A DNA stretch of 49,712 bases, from NCBI GenBank assembly GCA_032565555.1, contig JAWHFN010000001.1, positions 1-49,712 on the forward strand. Direction: 5' to 3'. Of this stretch, positions 29,907 to 41,703 are shown in pieces (position 1 is the stretch's first letter; every line of letters starts with the position of its first letter). The notes under the pieces are model-generated. The model saw nothing but the letters and a program-made list of their open reading frames with translations, had not been told where the DNA came from and made no database searches. Both the position numbers and the translations under genes were made by a program. Source of the DNA: Streptococcus mitis. Lineage in GTDB: Bacteria; Bacillota; Bacilli; Lactobacillales; Streptococcaceae.

Positions 29907-30544
29907 TTGAGTTGGAAAATATTACCAAAACCATTGGGGGAAAAGTGATTTTGGATAACTTGTCTCTCAGGATTGATCAGGGGGATTTGGTAGCCATTGT
30001 TGGTAAGAGTGGTAGTGGTAAGTCGACCTTGTTAAATTTATTAGGTTTGATAGATGGTGATTATAGCGGACGGTATGAGATTTTTGGTCAGACAAATCTA
30101 GCGGTCAATTCTACCAAGTCGCAAACAATAATCCGTGAACATATCTCTTATCTGTTTCAAAATTTTGCCCTGATTGATGATGAAACGGTCGAGTACAATC
30201 TTATGCTGGCGCTGAAATATGTGAAATTGTCCAAGAAAGACAAGCTTAAAAAGGTGGAAGAGATTTTAGAGAGAGTAGGTTTGTCAGCTACTTTGCATCA
30301 AAAGGTCTCCGAGTTGTCTGGTGGGGAGCAACAACGAATTGCAGTTGCTAGAGCCATCTTAAAACCCAGCCAGCTGATTTTAGCCGATGAACCAACAGGT
30401 TCGCTGGATCCTGAAAATAGAGATTTGGTCTTGAAGTTTCTCTTAGAGATGAATCGCGAGGGGAAAACAGTTATTATTGTGACCCACGATACTTATGTAG
30501 CCCAACAATGTCATCGTATCATTGAATTGGGCAAGGGGAAATGA
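29903..30544 (+). CDS. ABC ATPase, lactococcin 972-group bacteriocin-associated
   Basis: Motifs GKSGSGKST, FQNFALIDDETV, LSGGEQQR and LADEPTGSLD. Confidence 0.88.
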   Translation: MIELENITKTIGGKVILDNLSLRIDQGDLVAIVGKSGSGKSTLLNLLGLIDGDYSGRYEIFGQTNLAVNSTKSQTIIREHISYLFQNFALIDDETVEYNLMLALKYVKLSKKDKLKKVEEILERVGLSATLHQKVSELSGGEQQRIAVARAILKPSQLILADEPTGSLDPENRDLVLKFLLEMNREGKTVIIVTHDTYVAQQCHRIIELGKGK

Positions 30545-30681
30545 GTTCGTTCGGCTTCTTTTGACTGACTGAATACTCATGTTTTCCAGAGAGAAATAGC
30601 ATAAATACGCCTAGGAATGACATTTTTATGTAGTATTTCTAGGTTTTTTTGTTTCAAATTGAAAATTTTTTCAATTTAGGC

Positions 30682-30710
30682 TTGACAAACGATGAGGATA
30701 GGAGTATTAT
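30682..30710 (+). promoter_or_regulatory. Promoter of artP-argGH
   Basis: TTGACA-17 nt-TATTAT. Confidence 0.7.
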
Positions 30711-30750
30711 TTATACAACAAAAAAGAATAAACATAAAGGAGGTTTTGTT

Positions 30751-31557
30751 ATGAATAAGATGAAGAAGGTGTTGATGACGATGTTTGGTTTAGTGATGCT
30801 CCCCCTACTATTTGCTTGTAGTAACAATCAATCGGCTGGAATTGAAGCCATCAAGTCCAAAGGAAAATTGGTTGTAGCCCTCAATCCAGATTTTGCTCCA
30901 TTTGAATATCAAAAAGTGGTTGATGGGAAAAATCAGATTGTGGGTTCAGATATCGAATTAGCCAAGGCTATCGCAACAGAACTAGGTGTCGAATTGGAAC
31001 TATCTCCCATGAGTTTTGACAATGTACTGGCTAGTGTTCAATCAGGAAAAGCTGACCTTGCCATATCAGGTGTTTCTAAGACAGATGAACGGAGCAAGGT
31101 GTTCGACTTTTCAACTCCCTACTATACTTCAAAAAATAAGCTCATTGTCAAAAAATCTGATTTAGCCACTTATCAGTCTGTCAACGACTTAGCGCAGAAA
31201 AAGGTCGGAGCACAGAAAGGTTCGATTCAAGAGACGATGGCGAAAGATTTGCTACAAAATTCATCCCTCGTATCTCTGCCTAAAAATGGGAATTTAATTA
31301 CAGATTTAAAATCAGGACAAGTGGATGCCGTTATTTTTGAAGAACCAGTTGCCAAGGGATTTGTGGAAAATAATCCTGATTTAGCAATCGCAGACCTCAA
31401 TTTTGAAAAAGAGCAAGATGATTCCTACGCGGTCGCCATGAAAAAAGATAGCAAGGAATTGAAAGAGGCAGTCGATAAAACCATTCAAAAGTTGAAGGAG
31501 TCTGGAGAATTAGACAAACTTATTGATGATGCCTTTAAAGCATCCATTGAAAAATAG
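30751..31557 (+). CDS. artP: Amino-acid (arginine) ABC substrate-binding lipoprotein
   Basis: Lipobox [12 protein letters not shown], family-3 SBP pattern, upstream of argG. Confidence 0.8.
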   Translation: MNKMKKVLMTMFGLVMLPLLFACSNNQSAGIEAIKSKGKLVVALNPDFAPFEYQKVVDGKNQIVGSDIELAKAIATELGVELELSPMSFDNVLASVQSGKADLAISGVSKTDERSKVFDFSTPYYTSKNKLIVKKSDLATYQSVNDLAQKKVGAQKGSIQETMAKDLLQNSSLVSLPKNGNLITDLKSGQVDAVIFEEPVAKGFVENNPDLAIADLNFEKEQDDSYAVAMKKDSKELKEAVDKTIQKLKESGELDKLIDDAFKASIEK

Positions 31558-31573
31558 AAAGAAGGAAAAGAAC

Positions 31574-32770
31574 ATGAGTAAAGAAAAAGTAATTTTGGCC
31601 TATTCTGGCGGTTTAGACACATCAGTTGCTATTACCTGGTTAAAGAAAGACTATGATGTTGTTGCAGTTTGTATGGATGTGGGTGAAGGGAAAGACTTAG
31701 ATTTCATCCATGATAAGGCTCTTAAGGTTGGGGCAGTCGAATCTTATGTCATTGATGTTAAGGACGAATTTGCTACAGATTATGTGCTAGTGGCTCTCCA
31801 GTCACACGCCTACTATGAACAAAAATACCCCTTGGTATCTGCCTTGAGCCGTCCGCTTATTTCTAAAAAATTGGTTGAAATAGCGCATCAGACAGGAGCG
31901 ACTACAATTGCTCATGGTTGTACAGGTAAGGGGAATGACCAAGTGCGTTTTGAAGTATCCATTGCAGCCTTGGATCCCAATTTAAAAGTGATTGCTCCAG
32001 TTCGTGAATGGAAATGGTCTCGGGAGGAAGAAATTCATTATGCTAAGGAAAATGGGGTGCCTGTTCCTGCTGACCTTGACAATCCCTACTCTGTCGACCA
32101 AAATCTTTGGGGACGTGCCAATGAGTGTGGTATTTTGGAAAATCCATGGAATCAGGCTCCAGAAGAAGCCTTTGGTATCACATCTTCTCCAGAGGAAGCT
32201 CCAGACACGCCAGAATACATTGAGATTGAGTTTAGTGAAGGTGTTCCAGTTTCCCTCAATGGAGAAGGGCTAAAATTGGCAGATTTGATTCAAAAACTCA
32301 ATGAAATAGCTGGGAAACATGGGGTCGGACGGATTGACCACGTGGAAAATCGCTTGGTGGGGATTAAATCAAGAGAAATCTATGAGTGTCCAGGGGCAGT
32401 GACCTTGCTGACAGCTCATAAGGAAATTGAGGATTTGACGCTTGTGAGAGAAGTGGCTCATTTTAAACCAATCATAGAAAATGAATTATCAAATCTCATT
32501 TATAATGCTTTGTGGTTTAGTCCGGCTACACAAGCCTTGATTGCTTATATTAAAGAGACTCAAAAAGTTGTCAATGGGACTGCAAAAGTTAAACTGTATA
32601 AGGGGAGTGCTCAGGTCGTGGCTCGGAAATCACCAAATTCACTTTACGATGAAAATTTGGCGACGTATACCAGTGCAGATACCTTTGACCAAGATGCAGC
32701 TATTGGCTTTATTAAGTTGTGGGGACTTCCAACCAAGGTTCATTCTGAGGTTCAAAAAAGCGCCAAATAG
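31574..32770 (+). CDS. argG: Argininosuccinate synthase
   Basis: Motifs AYSGGLDTS and [12 protein letters not shown]. Confidence 0.97.
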   Translation: MSKEKVILAYSGGLDTSVAITWLKKDYDVVAVCMDVGEGKDLDFIHDKALKVGAVESYVIDVKDEFATDYVLVALQSHAYYEQKYPLVSALSRPLISKKLVEIAHQTGATTIAHGCTGKGNDQVRFEVSIAALDPNLKVIAPVREWKWSREEEIHYAKENGVPVPADLDNPYSVDQNLWGRANECGILENPWNQAPEEAFGITSSPEEAPDTPEYIEIEFSEGVPVSLNGEGLKLADLIQKLNEIAGKHGVGRIDHVENRLVGIKSREIYECPGAVTLLTAHKEIEDLTLVREVAHFKPIIENELSNLIYNALWFSPATQALIAYIKETQKVVNGTAKVKLYKGSAQVVARKSPNSLYDENLATYTSADTFDQDAAIGFIKLWGLPTKVHSEVQKSAK

Positions 32771-32798
32771 GGCGATTGGATAGAGAGGTGGATGTGAT

Positions 32799-34190
32799 AT
32801 GGCTAAGAATACAAAATTATGGGGTGGTCGTTTTGAAGGTACTGTCGAAGACTGGGTAGAGCGCTTTGGTGCGAGTATATCTTTTGACCAGAAATTAGCT
32901 AAATTTGATGTGATTGGTTCCTTAGCCCACGTTCAGATGTTGGGCCAGACGGACATTTTGAGTTTGAATGAGTCAGAAAAGATTCAAGCAGGCTTGAAAG
33001 AGCTTTTAGAAGAGCTAGAGGCAGGCCAACTTGACTTTGATATCGCAAACGAAGATATTCATATGAATATGGAAGTGTTGCTGACAGAAAAAATTGGTCC
33101 CCTTGCAGGGAAGTTACATACGGCTCGTTCTCGAAATGACCAAGTTGCGACAGATATGCACTTGTATCTCAAGGAGCAACTAGGCCATGTCCTAGATAAA
33201 CTGGCTTATCTCAAGGGTGTTTTATTAGACTTGGCGGAAAATCATGTGGAGACAATCATGCCGGGCTATACCCATCTGCAACATGCTCAGCCTATTAGTT
33301 TTGCCCACCACCTGATGGCTTACTACAATATGTTTCAGAGAGACAGTGAACGTTTTGAATTTAACCAGAAGCATACAGACCTATGCCCTCTAGGTGCGGC
33401 AGCTTTGGCAGGAACGACTTTCCCCATTGATCGCCAATTGTCTAGCGATTTGCTGGAGTTTAAGCAACCTTATACAAATTCTTTGGATGCTGTTAGTGAC
33501 CGCGATTTTATCTTAGAGTTTCTATCCAATGCCAGCATACTCATGATGCATATGAGCCGTTTCTGTGAAGAAATAATCAATTGGTGTAGTTTTGAGTACC
33601 AATTCATTACCTTGTCAGATACGTTTACAACAGGTTCCTCTATTATGCCCCAAAAGAAAAATCCAGATATGGCTGAGTTGATTCGAGGAAAGACTGGTAG
33701 AGTTTATGGGAATCTGTTTGGACTATTGACAGTCATGAAGTCCCTGCCCTTAGCTTATAATAAGGATTTGCAAGAGGATAAGGAAGGGATGTTTGATACG
33801 GTCGAAACGATTTTAAATTCTTTGGATGTGTTGGCCGGTATGTTATCTAGCTTGCAGGTAAATAAGGAAAAAATGCAAGAGTCGACAGAGAAGGACTTTT
33901 CAAATGCGACTGAGTTGGCAGATTATTTGGCAGGAAAAGGCTTGCCATTTAGAGAAGCTCATGAGATTGTGGGAAGATTAGTGCTAGACTCTATCAAGTC
34001 TGCTAAAAATATTCAAGATTGGACTTTGGAGGAATTACAAACCTATCATTCCCTCATTGCCGAGGATATCTATGTTTACTTGCAACCTAAAACTGCTGTT
34101 CAAAGACGAAATTCCTTGGGAGGTACAGGATTTGACCAAGTGAAATACCAGATTGCAGTTGCTAAGAAAGCGAATGAAGCTAGAAAGTGA
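32799..34190 (+). CDS. argH: Argininosuccinate lyase
   Basis: Motifs LWGGRF, RSRNDQ and [12 protein letters not shown]. Confidence 0.97.
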   Translation: MAKNTKLWGGRFEGTVEDWVERFGASISFDQKLAKFDVIGSLAHVQMLGQTDILSLNESEKIQAGLKELLEELEAGQLDFDIANEDIHMNMEVLLTEKIGPLAGKLHTARSRNDQVATDMHLYLKEQLGHVLDKLAYLKGVLLDLAENHVETIMPGYTHLQHAQPISFAHHLMAYYNMFQRDSERFEFNQKHTDLCPLGAAALAGTTFPIDRQLSSDLLEFKQPYTNSLDAVSDRDFILEFLSNASILMMHMSRFCEEIINWCSFEYQFITLSDTFTTGSSIMPQKKNPDMAELIRGKTGRVYGNLFGLLTVMKSLPLAYNKDLQEDKEGMFDTVETILNSLDVLAGMLSSLQVNKEKMQESTEKDFSNATELADYLAGKGLPFREAHEIVGRLVLDSIKSAKNIQDWTLEELQTYHSLIAEDIYVYLQPKTAVQRRNSLGGTGFDQVKYQIAVAKKANEARK

Positions 34191-34210
34191 TAGATTGATA
34201 GGTTCAGAAT

Positions 34211-34241
34211 AAGAGGTTGGTCGATTGACAGCCTCTTTCTT
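34211..34241 (+). terminator. Terminator after argH
   Basis: AAGAGGTTG.../...CAGCCTCTT stem with a T-rich tail. Confidence 0.6.
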
Positions 34242-34268
34242 GTCTTCTCCAACCAAGCATGTTATAAT
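34240..34268 (+). promoter_or_regulatory. mnmA promoter
   Basis: TTGTCT-17 nt-TATAAT with extended -10 TGn. Confidence 0.75.
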
Positions 34269-34280
34269 GAATACTGCTCA

Positions 34281-34321
34281 AGCGACCTTCAATCGTTAAG
34301 CACACACGACCTTCAATCGTG
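34281..34321 (+). repeat. Two tandem copies of CGACCTTCAATCGT forming anticodon-like hairpins
   Basis: Identical 14-mers at 34283-34296 and 34307-34320. Confidence 0.85.
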
Positions 34322-34324
34322 AAC

Positions 34325-34535
34325 TAGTCATTTCGTTTATCTTTTATTACGTCGTTAACTCGAAATGAGATGCAAGCTGAGCTTGTCTTATTTATAACCT
34401 CAATCAGTCTCCCAGACTGATTGAGCGAACTCAAGTTATGCCTGCGACTCGTTGCCTATCATATTTTCATTTTAAGATGATAGGCTAAAATGGTCTCCCA
34501 GACCATTTTACTACTAAAAGCAAACGAAATGACTA
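34325..34535. mobile_element. MITE/REP-like element in the mnmA leader
   Basis: Perfect 14-bp terminal inverted repeats TAGTCATTTCGTTT / AAACGAAATGACTA, internal hairpins with GTC-TCCCA-GAC cores, and a boxC-like segment. Confidence 0.65.
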
Positions 34536-34546
34536 TACTCAAATAA

Positions 34547-35737
<1,191 letters not shown>

Positions 35738-35738
35738 A

Positions 35739-35766
35739 TTGACAAATTTTCTCAATTTGCTACAAT
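35739..35766 (+). promoter_or_regulatory. Promoter of the nudix-nudix-mnmG operon
   Basis: TTGACA-16 nt-TACAAT with extended -10 TG. Confidence 0.7.
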
Positions 35767-35877
35767 AATAACAGCAATAGAAATGATGGTCAAAGCTCAT
35801 GGATGTTGCAGGCTTTTTTGTCCTGCACTTCTTTGGAGTTTTGACTGTTTTTGTGTCGTTTAAGGGAAAGGACAAGA

Positions 35878-36333
35878 ATGACTCAGCAAGACTTTCGGAC
35901 AAAAGTAGACAATACGGTTTTTGGTGTTCGGGCGACAGCTTTGATTCTTCAAAATCGCAAGCTTCTAGTCACCAAAGATAAGGGCAAGTATTACACAATT
36001 GGTGGTGCGATTCAAGTCAATGAAAGCACGGAAGACGCGGTAGTCCGTGAAGTGAGGGAAGAACTGGGTGTCAAAGCTCAAGCTGGCCAGCTAGCTTTCG
36101 TAGTTGAAAATCGTTTTGAACAGGACGGTGTTTCCTATCACAACGTTGAGTTTCATTATCTGGTGGACTTGCTTGAGGATGCCCCATTGACCATGCAGGA
36201 AGATGAAAAAACGCAGCCCTGTGAGTGGATTGAGTTGGATAATCTTGAGAATATCCAGCTAGTTCCAGCCTTTTTAAAAACAGCCTTACCAGATTGGGAC
36301 GGCCAACTAAGACACATTCATCTTGAGGAATAG
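35878..36333 (+). CDS. Nudix hydrolase
   Basis: Nudix box GGAIQVNESTEDAVVREVREELG. Start MTQQDF follows AAGGA. Confidence 0.88.
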   Translation: MTQQDFRTKVDNTVFGVRATALILQNRKLLVTKDKGKYYTIGGAIQVNESTEDAVVREVREELGVKAQAGQLAFVVENRFEQDGVSYHNVEFHYLVDLLEDAPLTMQEDEKTQPCEWIELDNLENIQLVPAFLKTALPDWDGQLRHIHLEE

Positions 36334-36341
36334 GAGAAAAA

Positions 36342-36776
36342 ATGATGGTTAAGCTTATTGCCCATGTACTTGTTCATAGTGGTGATGATTATTTGCTCAT
36401 TCAGCGTTCGGAAATTAAAAGAGGACAACCCAATGTTTATCCAACTTACTGGGATATTCCTGGTGGCGGGGTTGAAAAGGGTGAACTTCCGCGAGATGGA
36501 GCTCTTAGAGAATGTATTGAAGAAGCGGGAGTTAGGCTAGATAGCAGTTCGCTCAAACTTCTTCACGAAGATAGTCAACTGGATACCTCTAAGGATACGG
36601 TCTTTACTCGCTTAGTTTATAAAGCAGAGTGGGTTGGGGAGAAGCCAATTATCAGATTAGATCCTGAAGAGCATACGCACTTTAAATGGGTTACTCTGGC
36701 TCAAGCTTTAGAGGAGGAGGAGAAGTTAGTTCCTTATTTGCGAGAAATTTTTGAAAGGTTAAGAAATGACATATAA
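36342..36776 (+). CDS. Second Nudix hydrolase
   Basis: Nudix box [24 protein letters not shown]. Overlaps the mnmG start. Confidence 0.88.
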   Translation: MMVKLIAHVLVHSGDDYLLIQRSEIKRGQPNVYPTYWDIPGGGVEKGELPRDGALRECIEEAGVRLDSSSLKLLHEDSQLDTSKDTVFTRLVYKAEWVGEKPIIRLDPEEHTHFKWVTLAQALEEEEKLVPYLREIFERLRNDI

Positions 36777-38679
36777 TTTTACTGAAGAATACGATATTAT
36801 TGTAATTGGTGCGGGACACGCTGGTGTCGAGGCTTCCTTAGCTGCTAGCCGTATGGGCTGTAAGGTCTTACTTGCGACCATCAACATTGAAATGCTGGCT
36901 TTTATGCCTTGTAACCCCTCTATCGGTGGTTCTGCCAAGGGGATCGTTGTACGTGAAGTTGATGCCCTCGGTGGCGAGATGGCCAAAACCATTGATAAGA
37001 CTTACATCCAGATGAAGATGCTTAACACAGGGAAGGGGCCAGCTGTCCGTGCCCTTCGTGCGCAGGCTGACAAGGAGCTTTACTCCAAGGAAATGCGCAA
37101 GACGGTTGAAAATCAAGAAAATCTGACCCTTCGTCAGACCATGATTGATGAGATTTTGGTGGAAGATGGCAAGGTTGTCGGTGTTCGTACAGCAACTCAT
37201 CAAGAGTATGCTTCCAAGGCTGTTATCGTGACGACAGGAACAGCCCTCCGTGGGGAAATTATCATCGGAGACCTCAAGTACTCATCAGGTCCTAACCACA
37301 GCCTAGCTTCTATTAACCTTGCTGACAACCTCAAGGAATTAGGACTCGAAATTGGTCGTTTCAAGACAGGAACACCTCCACGTGTCAAGGCTTCTTCTAT
37401 CAATTACGATGTGACCGAGATTCAGCCAGGAGACGAAGCGCCTAATCATTTCTCATACACTTCACGTGATGAGGATTATGTCAAGGACCAAGTGCCATGC
37501 TGGTTGACCTACACCAATGGTACTAGTCATGAGATTATCCAAAACAATCTCCACCGTGCGCCTATGTTTACAGGTGTGGTCAAAGGAGTGGGACCTCGTT
37601 ATTGTCCATCGATTGAAGACAAGATTGTGCGCTTTGCGGACAAGGAACGCCACCAACTCTTCCTAGAGCCAGAAGGGCGCAATACTGAGGAAGTCTATGT
37701 TCAAGGCCTATCAACTAGTCTGCCTGAGGATGTCCAACGTGAGCTGGTTCATTCTATCAAAGGTTTGGAAAATGCAGAGATGATGCGAACAGGTTATGCC
37801 ATCGAGTACGATATGGTCTTGCCTCATCAGTTGCGTGCGACTCTGGAAACCAAGAAAATCTCAGGTCTATTCACTGCTGGTCAGACCAATGGAACATCAG
37901 GTTACGAAGAAGCTGCTGGCCAAGGGATTATCGCGGGTATCAATGCGGCTTTGAAAGTCCAAGGCAAGTCTGAGTTGATTTTGAAGCGTAGTGACGGTTA
38001 TATTGGGGTCATGATTGATGACTTGGTGACCAAGGGGACCATTGAACCTTACCGTCTCTTGACCAGTCGTGCTGAATATCGCCTCATTCTCCGTCATGAC
38101 AATGCCGATATGCGTTTGACTGAGATGGGGCGCGAGATTGGGCTTGTTGACGATGAACGTTGGGCTCGTTTTGAAATCAAGAAAAATCAATTTGAAAATG
38201 AAATGAAACGCCTAGACAGTATTAAACTCAAGCCAGTCAAGGAAATCAATGCCAAGGTTGAGGAGATGGGCTTCAAGCCGTTGACAGATGCAGTGACAGC
38301 TAAGGAATTCCTTCGCCGTCCAGAAGTTTCTTATCAAGATGTGGTGGCTTTCATCGGACCAGCAGCAGAGGACTTGGATGACAAGATTATCGAATTGATT
38401 GAAACAGAAATCAAGTACGAAGGCTATATCTCAAAAGCCATGGATCAGGTTGCCAAGATGAAACGCATGGAAGAAAAACGCATTCCAGCCAATATTGACT
38501 GGGATGATATTGATTCTATCGCGACAGAAGCCCGTCAGAAGTTCAAACTCATCAATCCAGAAACCATCGGCCAAGCCAGCCGTATTTCGGGAGTAAATCC
38601 AGCAGACATTTCTATTTTGATGGTGTATCTTGAAGGTAAAAATCGTAGTATTTCTAAAACTCTTCAAAAATCAAAATGA
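36766..38679 (+). CDS. mnmG: tRNA U34 carboxymethylaminomethyl modification enzyme
   Basis: Motifs [27 protein letters not shown] and [12 protein letters not shown]. Confidence 0.97.
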   Translation: MTYNFTEEYDIIVIGAGHAGVEASLAASRMGCKVLLATINIEMLAFMPCNPSIGGSAKGIVVREVDALGGEMAKTIDKTYIQMKMLNTGKGPAVRALRAQADKELYSKEMRKTVENQENLTLRQTMIDEILVEDGKVVGVRTATHQEYASKAVIVTTGTALRGEIIIGDLKYSSGPNHSLASINLADNLKELGLEIGRFKTGTPPRVKASSINYDVTEIQPGDEAPNHFSYTSRDEDYVKDQVPCWLTYTNGTSHEIIQNNLHRAPMFTGVVKGVGPRYCPSIEDKIVRFADKERHQLFLEPEGRNTEEVYVQGLSTSLPEDVQRELVHSIKGLENAEMMRTGYAIEYDMVLPHQLRATLETKKISGLFTAGQTNGTSGYEEAAGQGIIAGINAALKVQGKSELILKRSDGYIGVMIDDLVTKGTIEPYRLLTSRAEYRLILRHDNADMRLTEMGREIGLVDDERWARFEIKKNQFENEMKRLDSIKLKPVKEINAKVEEMGFKPLTDAVTAKEFLRRPEVSYQDVVAFIGPAAEDLDDKIIELIETEIKYEGYISKAMDQVAKMKRMEEKRIPANIDWDDIDSIATEARQKFKLINPETIGQASRISGVNPADISILMVYLEGKNRSISKTLQKSK

Positions 38680-38758
38680 TACGTCGTCGGCTTCGGCTCA
38701 CCTAACTTAAGTTATGCTTTCGCCTAGCCTTCTAGTCTGATTTCGATTTTTATTGAGT
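38679..38758 (+). repeat. Degenerate BOX-like repeat remnant
   Basis: Ends GATTTTTATTGAGT like boxC, and shares AACTYAAGTTATGC with the 34325-34535 element. Confidence 0.45.
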
Positions 38759-38784
38759 TTTAATCTAAAAAGAAAGCATAGAAA

Positions 38785-38811
38785 AAACAGCTCCGTCTTC
38801 GGGGCTGTTTT
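38785..38811. terminator. Bidirectional terminator between mnmG and rnj
   Basis: AAAACAGCTCCG TCTT CGGGGCTGTTTT. Confidence 0.75.
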
Positions 38812-38817
38812 CTTGCT

Positions 38818-40497
38818 TTATTCTTCATCTGGTGTGAGGATCATCGGGATGATAATCGGTTCACGTTCTGTATTTTCATAGAGGAAGGGGCGAATAGCGT
38901 TGACAATGGCACCATTGACAGATTGCACGCTAGCATCCTTGTTTTTTAGTGCGATACGAATTGCATTGAAGAGGATACGCTGGCTTTGGCGAATCAAGTC
39001 GCCAGACTCTCTCATGTAGACAAAGCCTCGGCTGAGGATGTCTGGACCAGATAGAATCATCTGCGATTTGAAGTCAACAGTTGCGACTGCCAGAACGACA
39101 CCATCTTCAGATAAATCACGACGATCTTTGAGGACAGCAGCACCGATTTCACCGATACGATTTCCATCGACATAGATGTCTTGGGCGTTGAAATGGCCTG
39201 CGATACGAGCAGAATCAGCAGTAAGGGCAAGCACATCACCATTGCTCATGATAAAGATATTGTCCTTCTCAACACCAGTATCCACTGCTAGTCCAGCATG
39301 GACTTTTTGCATGCGGTATTCACCGTGGACAGGCATGAAGTATTTTGGCTTAATCAAGCGGAGCATGAGTTTTTGCTCTTGCTGACCACCGTGTCCAGAT
39401 GTATGGATATTGTTAACCTTACCGTGGATAACTTCGACACCAGCTTCAGAAATGACGTTGATCAGCTTGTTGACGCTAGTAGTGTTTCCAGGGATTGGAC
39501 TTGAAGAGAAGATAACCGTATCGCCTGGTTGGAGTTGTACCTGACGGTGGGTTCCGTTGGCGATACGAGAGAGGGCCGCCATAGGTTCACCCTGACTACC
39601 TGTACAGAGGATAAGAACCTCGCCTGCAGGGTAGTCTTTGATTTCATTTGGCTCGATAAAGGTTCCTTTAGGAGCTTTGATGTAGCCAAGATCGATTCCG
39701 TTGACAATGGCCTTTTCCATGGAACGACCAAAGACCGCGATCTTACGTCCAGTCTTAACAGCGGCTTCTGTTGCTTGCTGGAGACGGAAGATATTTGAGG
39801 CAAAGGATGCAAAGATGATACGTCCTTCAATACCTTGGATAATCTTCATGATGGACTGACCAACGACTTTTTCAGAGTTGGTAAAGGTTGGCACTTCTGC
39901 ATTTGTTGAGTCAGACAGGAGACAGAGTACACCGTCTTCACCAAGGGCTGCCATACGGTGCAAATCTGCTGGTTCACCAACTGGTGTTAAGTCAAACTTG
40001 AAGTCACCCGTACAGACAATTTTCCCTTGAGGAGTATGAATGACAATCCCCAAAGGCTCTGGAATAGAGTGAGTGGTTCTAAAGAAAGTTGCCTTGAGAT
40101 TTTTAAAGGTCAACTCAGTGTTGTGATTGATTTCGTAAAGTTTGGCGTTGCGCAAGAGGCCGTGTTCTTCGAGTTTCCCACGAATCAAAGCCAAGGCAAG
40201 TGGTCCGGCATAGATAGGGACATTTGCTTGCTTGAGCAGGAATGGAATCCCACCGATGTGGTCCTCGTGCCCGTGTGTGATCAAAACAGCCTTGACGCGG
40301 TCGATGTTGTCTACGATGTAGGAGTAATCAGGAATGACATAGTCGATACCCAGCAAGTCATCTTCTGGGAATTTAATCCCAGCATCGACGATGATAATCT
40401 CATCTTGGTATTCAATCCCGTATGTGTTTTTCCCGATTTCTCCCAGACCACCGATGGCAAAAACGCCAACTTCTTCAGGTTTAAGAGTATAGGCCAT
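38818..40497 (-). CDS. rnjA: Ribonuclease J1
   Basis: Motifs [26 protein letters not shown] and HTSGH. Confidence 0.95.
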   Translation of the reverse strand: MAYTLKPEEVGVFAIGGLGEIGKNTYGIEYQDEIIIVDAGIKFPEDDLLGIDYVIPDYSYIVDNIDRVKAVLITHGHEDHIGGIPFLLKQANVPIYAGPLALALIRGKLEEHGLLRNAKLYEINHNTELTFKNLKATFFRTTHSIPEPLGIVIHTPQGKIVCTGDFKFDLTPVGEPADLHRMAALGEDGVLCLLSDSTNAEVPTFTNSEKVVGQSIMKIIQGIEGRIIFASFASNIFRLQQATEAAVKTGRKIAVFGRSMEKAIVNGIDLGYIKAPKGTFIEPNEIKDYPAGEVLILCTGSQGEPMAALSRIANGTHRQVQLQPGDTVIFSSSPIPGNTTSVNKLINVISEAGVEVIHGKVNNIHTSGHGGQQEQKLMLRLIKPKYFMPVHGEYRMQKVHAGLAVDTGVEKDNIFIMSNGDVLALTADSARIAGHFNAQDIYVDGNRIGEIGAAVLKDRRDLSEDGVVLAVATVDFKSQMILSGPDILSRGFVYMRESGDLIRQSQRILFNAIRIALKNKDASVQSVNGAIVNAIRPFLYENTEREPIIIPMILTPDEE

Positions 40498-40498
40498 A

Positions 40499-40732
40499 TT
40501 AGAACTCCGTAATTTCGAAGGCGCCAGTTTCTTTTTCGTAATCTAGCAATTTGTCAGACAAGAGTTCGATATACTCGATATTGTACTCTGGGCGATTTTC
40601 TTCGACAAGTTGGCGAGCAGCGATACGACCCTCAAGTTCTGAGCTGGCATCGATGTCTAGGTAAAGTGCGCGTGTTGTTTCACGACGTGGGCTACGTTCT
40701 TTTGTTTCTTGATAAAAAACTTTGTAAATCAT
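40499..40732 (-). CDS. rpoY: RNA polymerase epsilon subunit (UPF0356)
   Basis: MIYKVFYQE...PRRETT...YNIEYI, in the conserved position upstream of rnjA. The real start is 40732. Confidence 0.9.
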   Translation of the reverse strand: MIYKVFYQETKERSPRRETTRALYLDIDASSELEGRIAARQLVEENRPEYNIEYIELLSDKLLDYEKETGAFEITEF

Positions 40733-41012
40733 ATAGTTCCTTTCTATTTTACAGGTCAGCTTATTCCAAACTTTTAGCATAGATTTGCTTGATTTCATTC
40801 CATTTTGTGTCTAGATTGACCTTGATTCGTTACAATTATTTCAATTATACCACAAAATGAAAAATTAGTAAAAGACGGAAACGAGAAAGTCATGGGTCGA
40901 TTCGCCGAGTAAGCGCTTGCAAAAATAAAGAAAATGTGTTATGTTGATAATGGAAGTGAAATTTATTGCTTGTCATAATTCCATATAGTTTTTAAGTCAA
41001 GGAGGTTGCCCT

Positions 41013-41228
41013 ATGTATAACTTATTTGCTTTTGCTATCGGAGCTCGCTTGGTAGCTTTTATTGTTTTTGTTGCTTGCGTTTATGCGGGGAATCTTCTAT
41101 TTGCCAAACTGGAACGACGACAAACCAAGTTCTTGTGGAAAATTACCTTTGTGACTCTCTACTCGCTTTTTCTCCTCCTCGTAACCTATGTCGTTTGGTT
41201 TGTATTTTACTTTGGATTAAATGCTTAG
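41013..41228 (+). CDS. 71-aa two-TM small membrane protein
   Basis: RBS AAGGAGG, two hydrophobic helices, terminator ATGCCCC..GGGGCAT plus T run immediately after. Confidence 0.7.
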   Translation: MYNLFAFAIGARLVAFIVFVACVYAGNLLFAKLERRQTKFLWKITFVTLYSLFLLLVTYVVWFVFYFGLNA

Positions 41229-41358
41229 ATGCCCCGCTTATGCTGGGGCATTTTTGTTTTGGGGTAAAAGATAGTAGATTCATGACACGAAAATTCCACC
41301 CCATCTATCAAGATGAGGCGGTCTTTGCATTTTTCTAAATGACATGACAATGGAATTT

Positions 41359-41556
41359 TCAGAGCTTATTATTTTTATGGGAGTCATTGTTCTGCTCAAA
41401 AATAGAGTTGAAGCATAAAAATAAAACAATACAAACAGATAGATCAATTGGTAAAGGGATAGTAGTAATGTTTAAATCATTGAGAATGCTTAGCAAACTG
41501 TAAGAGATAAAGATAATAAAATTTATCCTTCTAAAAATGTATCTTTTATCTAGCAT
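41359..41556 (-). CDS. cibC: Fratricide bacteriocin immunity protein
   Basis: 65-aa hydrophobic ORF overlapping the cibB end. Confidence 0.8.
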   Translation of the reverse strand: MLDKRYIFRRINFIIFISYSLLSILNDLNITTIPLPIDLSVCIVLFLCFNSIFEQNNDSHKNNKL

Positions 41557-41702
41557 GACTTACCAAACTTTTTACGGAGATCTTTCCCAATGGTATAACC
41601 TGCCATAAATAAAGCGATACCAACACCTACACCAAAACCACCCTTGATTTCTTGCAATTCCTTATTAGAAATTTCACGATAGTTGTTTAAATCTTTCATC
41701 AT
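41550..41702 (-). CDS. cibB: Competence-induced two-peptide bacteriocin B, not in the ORF track
   Basis: MMKDLNNYREISNKELQEIKGG|FGVGVGIALFMAGYTIGKDLRKKFGKSC, with a double-glycine leader. Confidence 0.88.
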   Translation of the reverse strand: MMKDLNNYREISNKELQEIKGGFGVGVGIALFMAGYTIGKDLRKKFGKSC

Positions 41703-41703
41703 A

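Noticed and set aside
30560..30640. Possible ArgR/AhrC boxes upstream of artP
   Set aside because: Biologically plausible, but the matches are too degenerate to place with confidence.
34283..34320. Tandem 14-mers as a CRISPR array or a tRNA gene
   Set aside because: There are only two short units with a 10-nt gap, no cas genes, and no acceptor, D or T arms.
40733..40798. Extended start of rpoY
   Set aside because: The RBS and the conserved N-terminus point to 40732.
41290..41360. GAAAATTCCA/TGGAATTTTC inverted repeat at the cibC end as an sRNA
   Set aside because: More simply a 3' structure between convergent genes. No promoter was identified.
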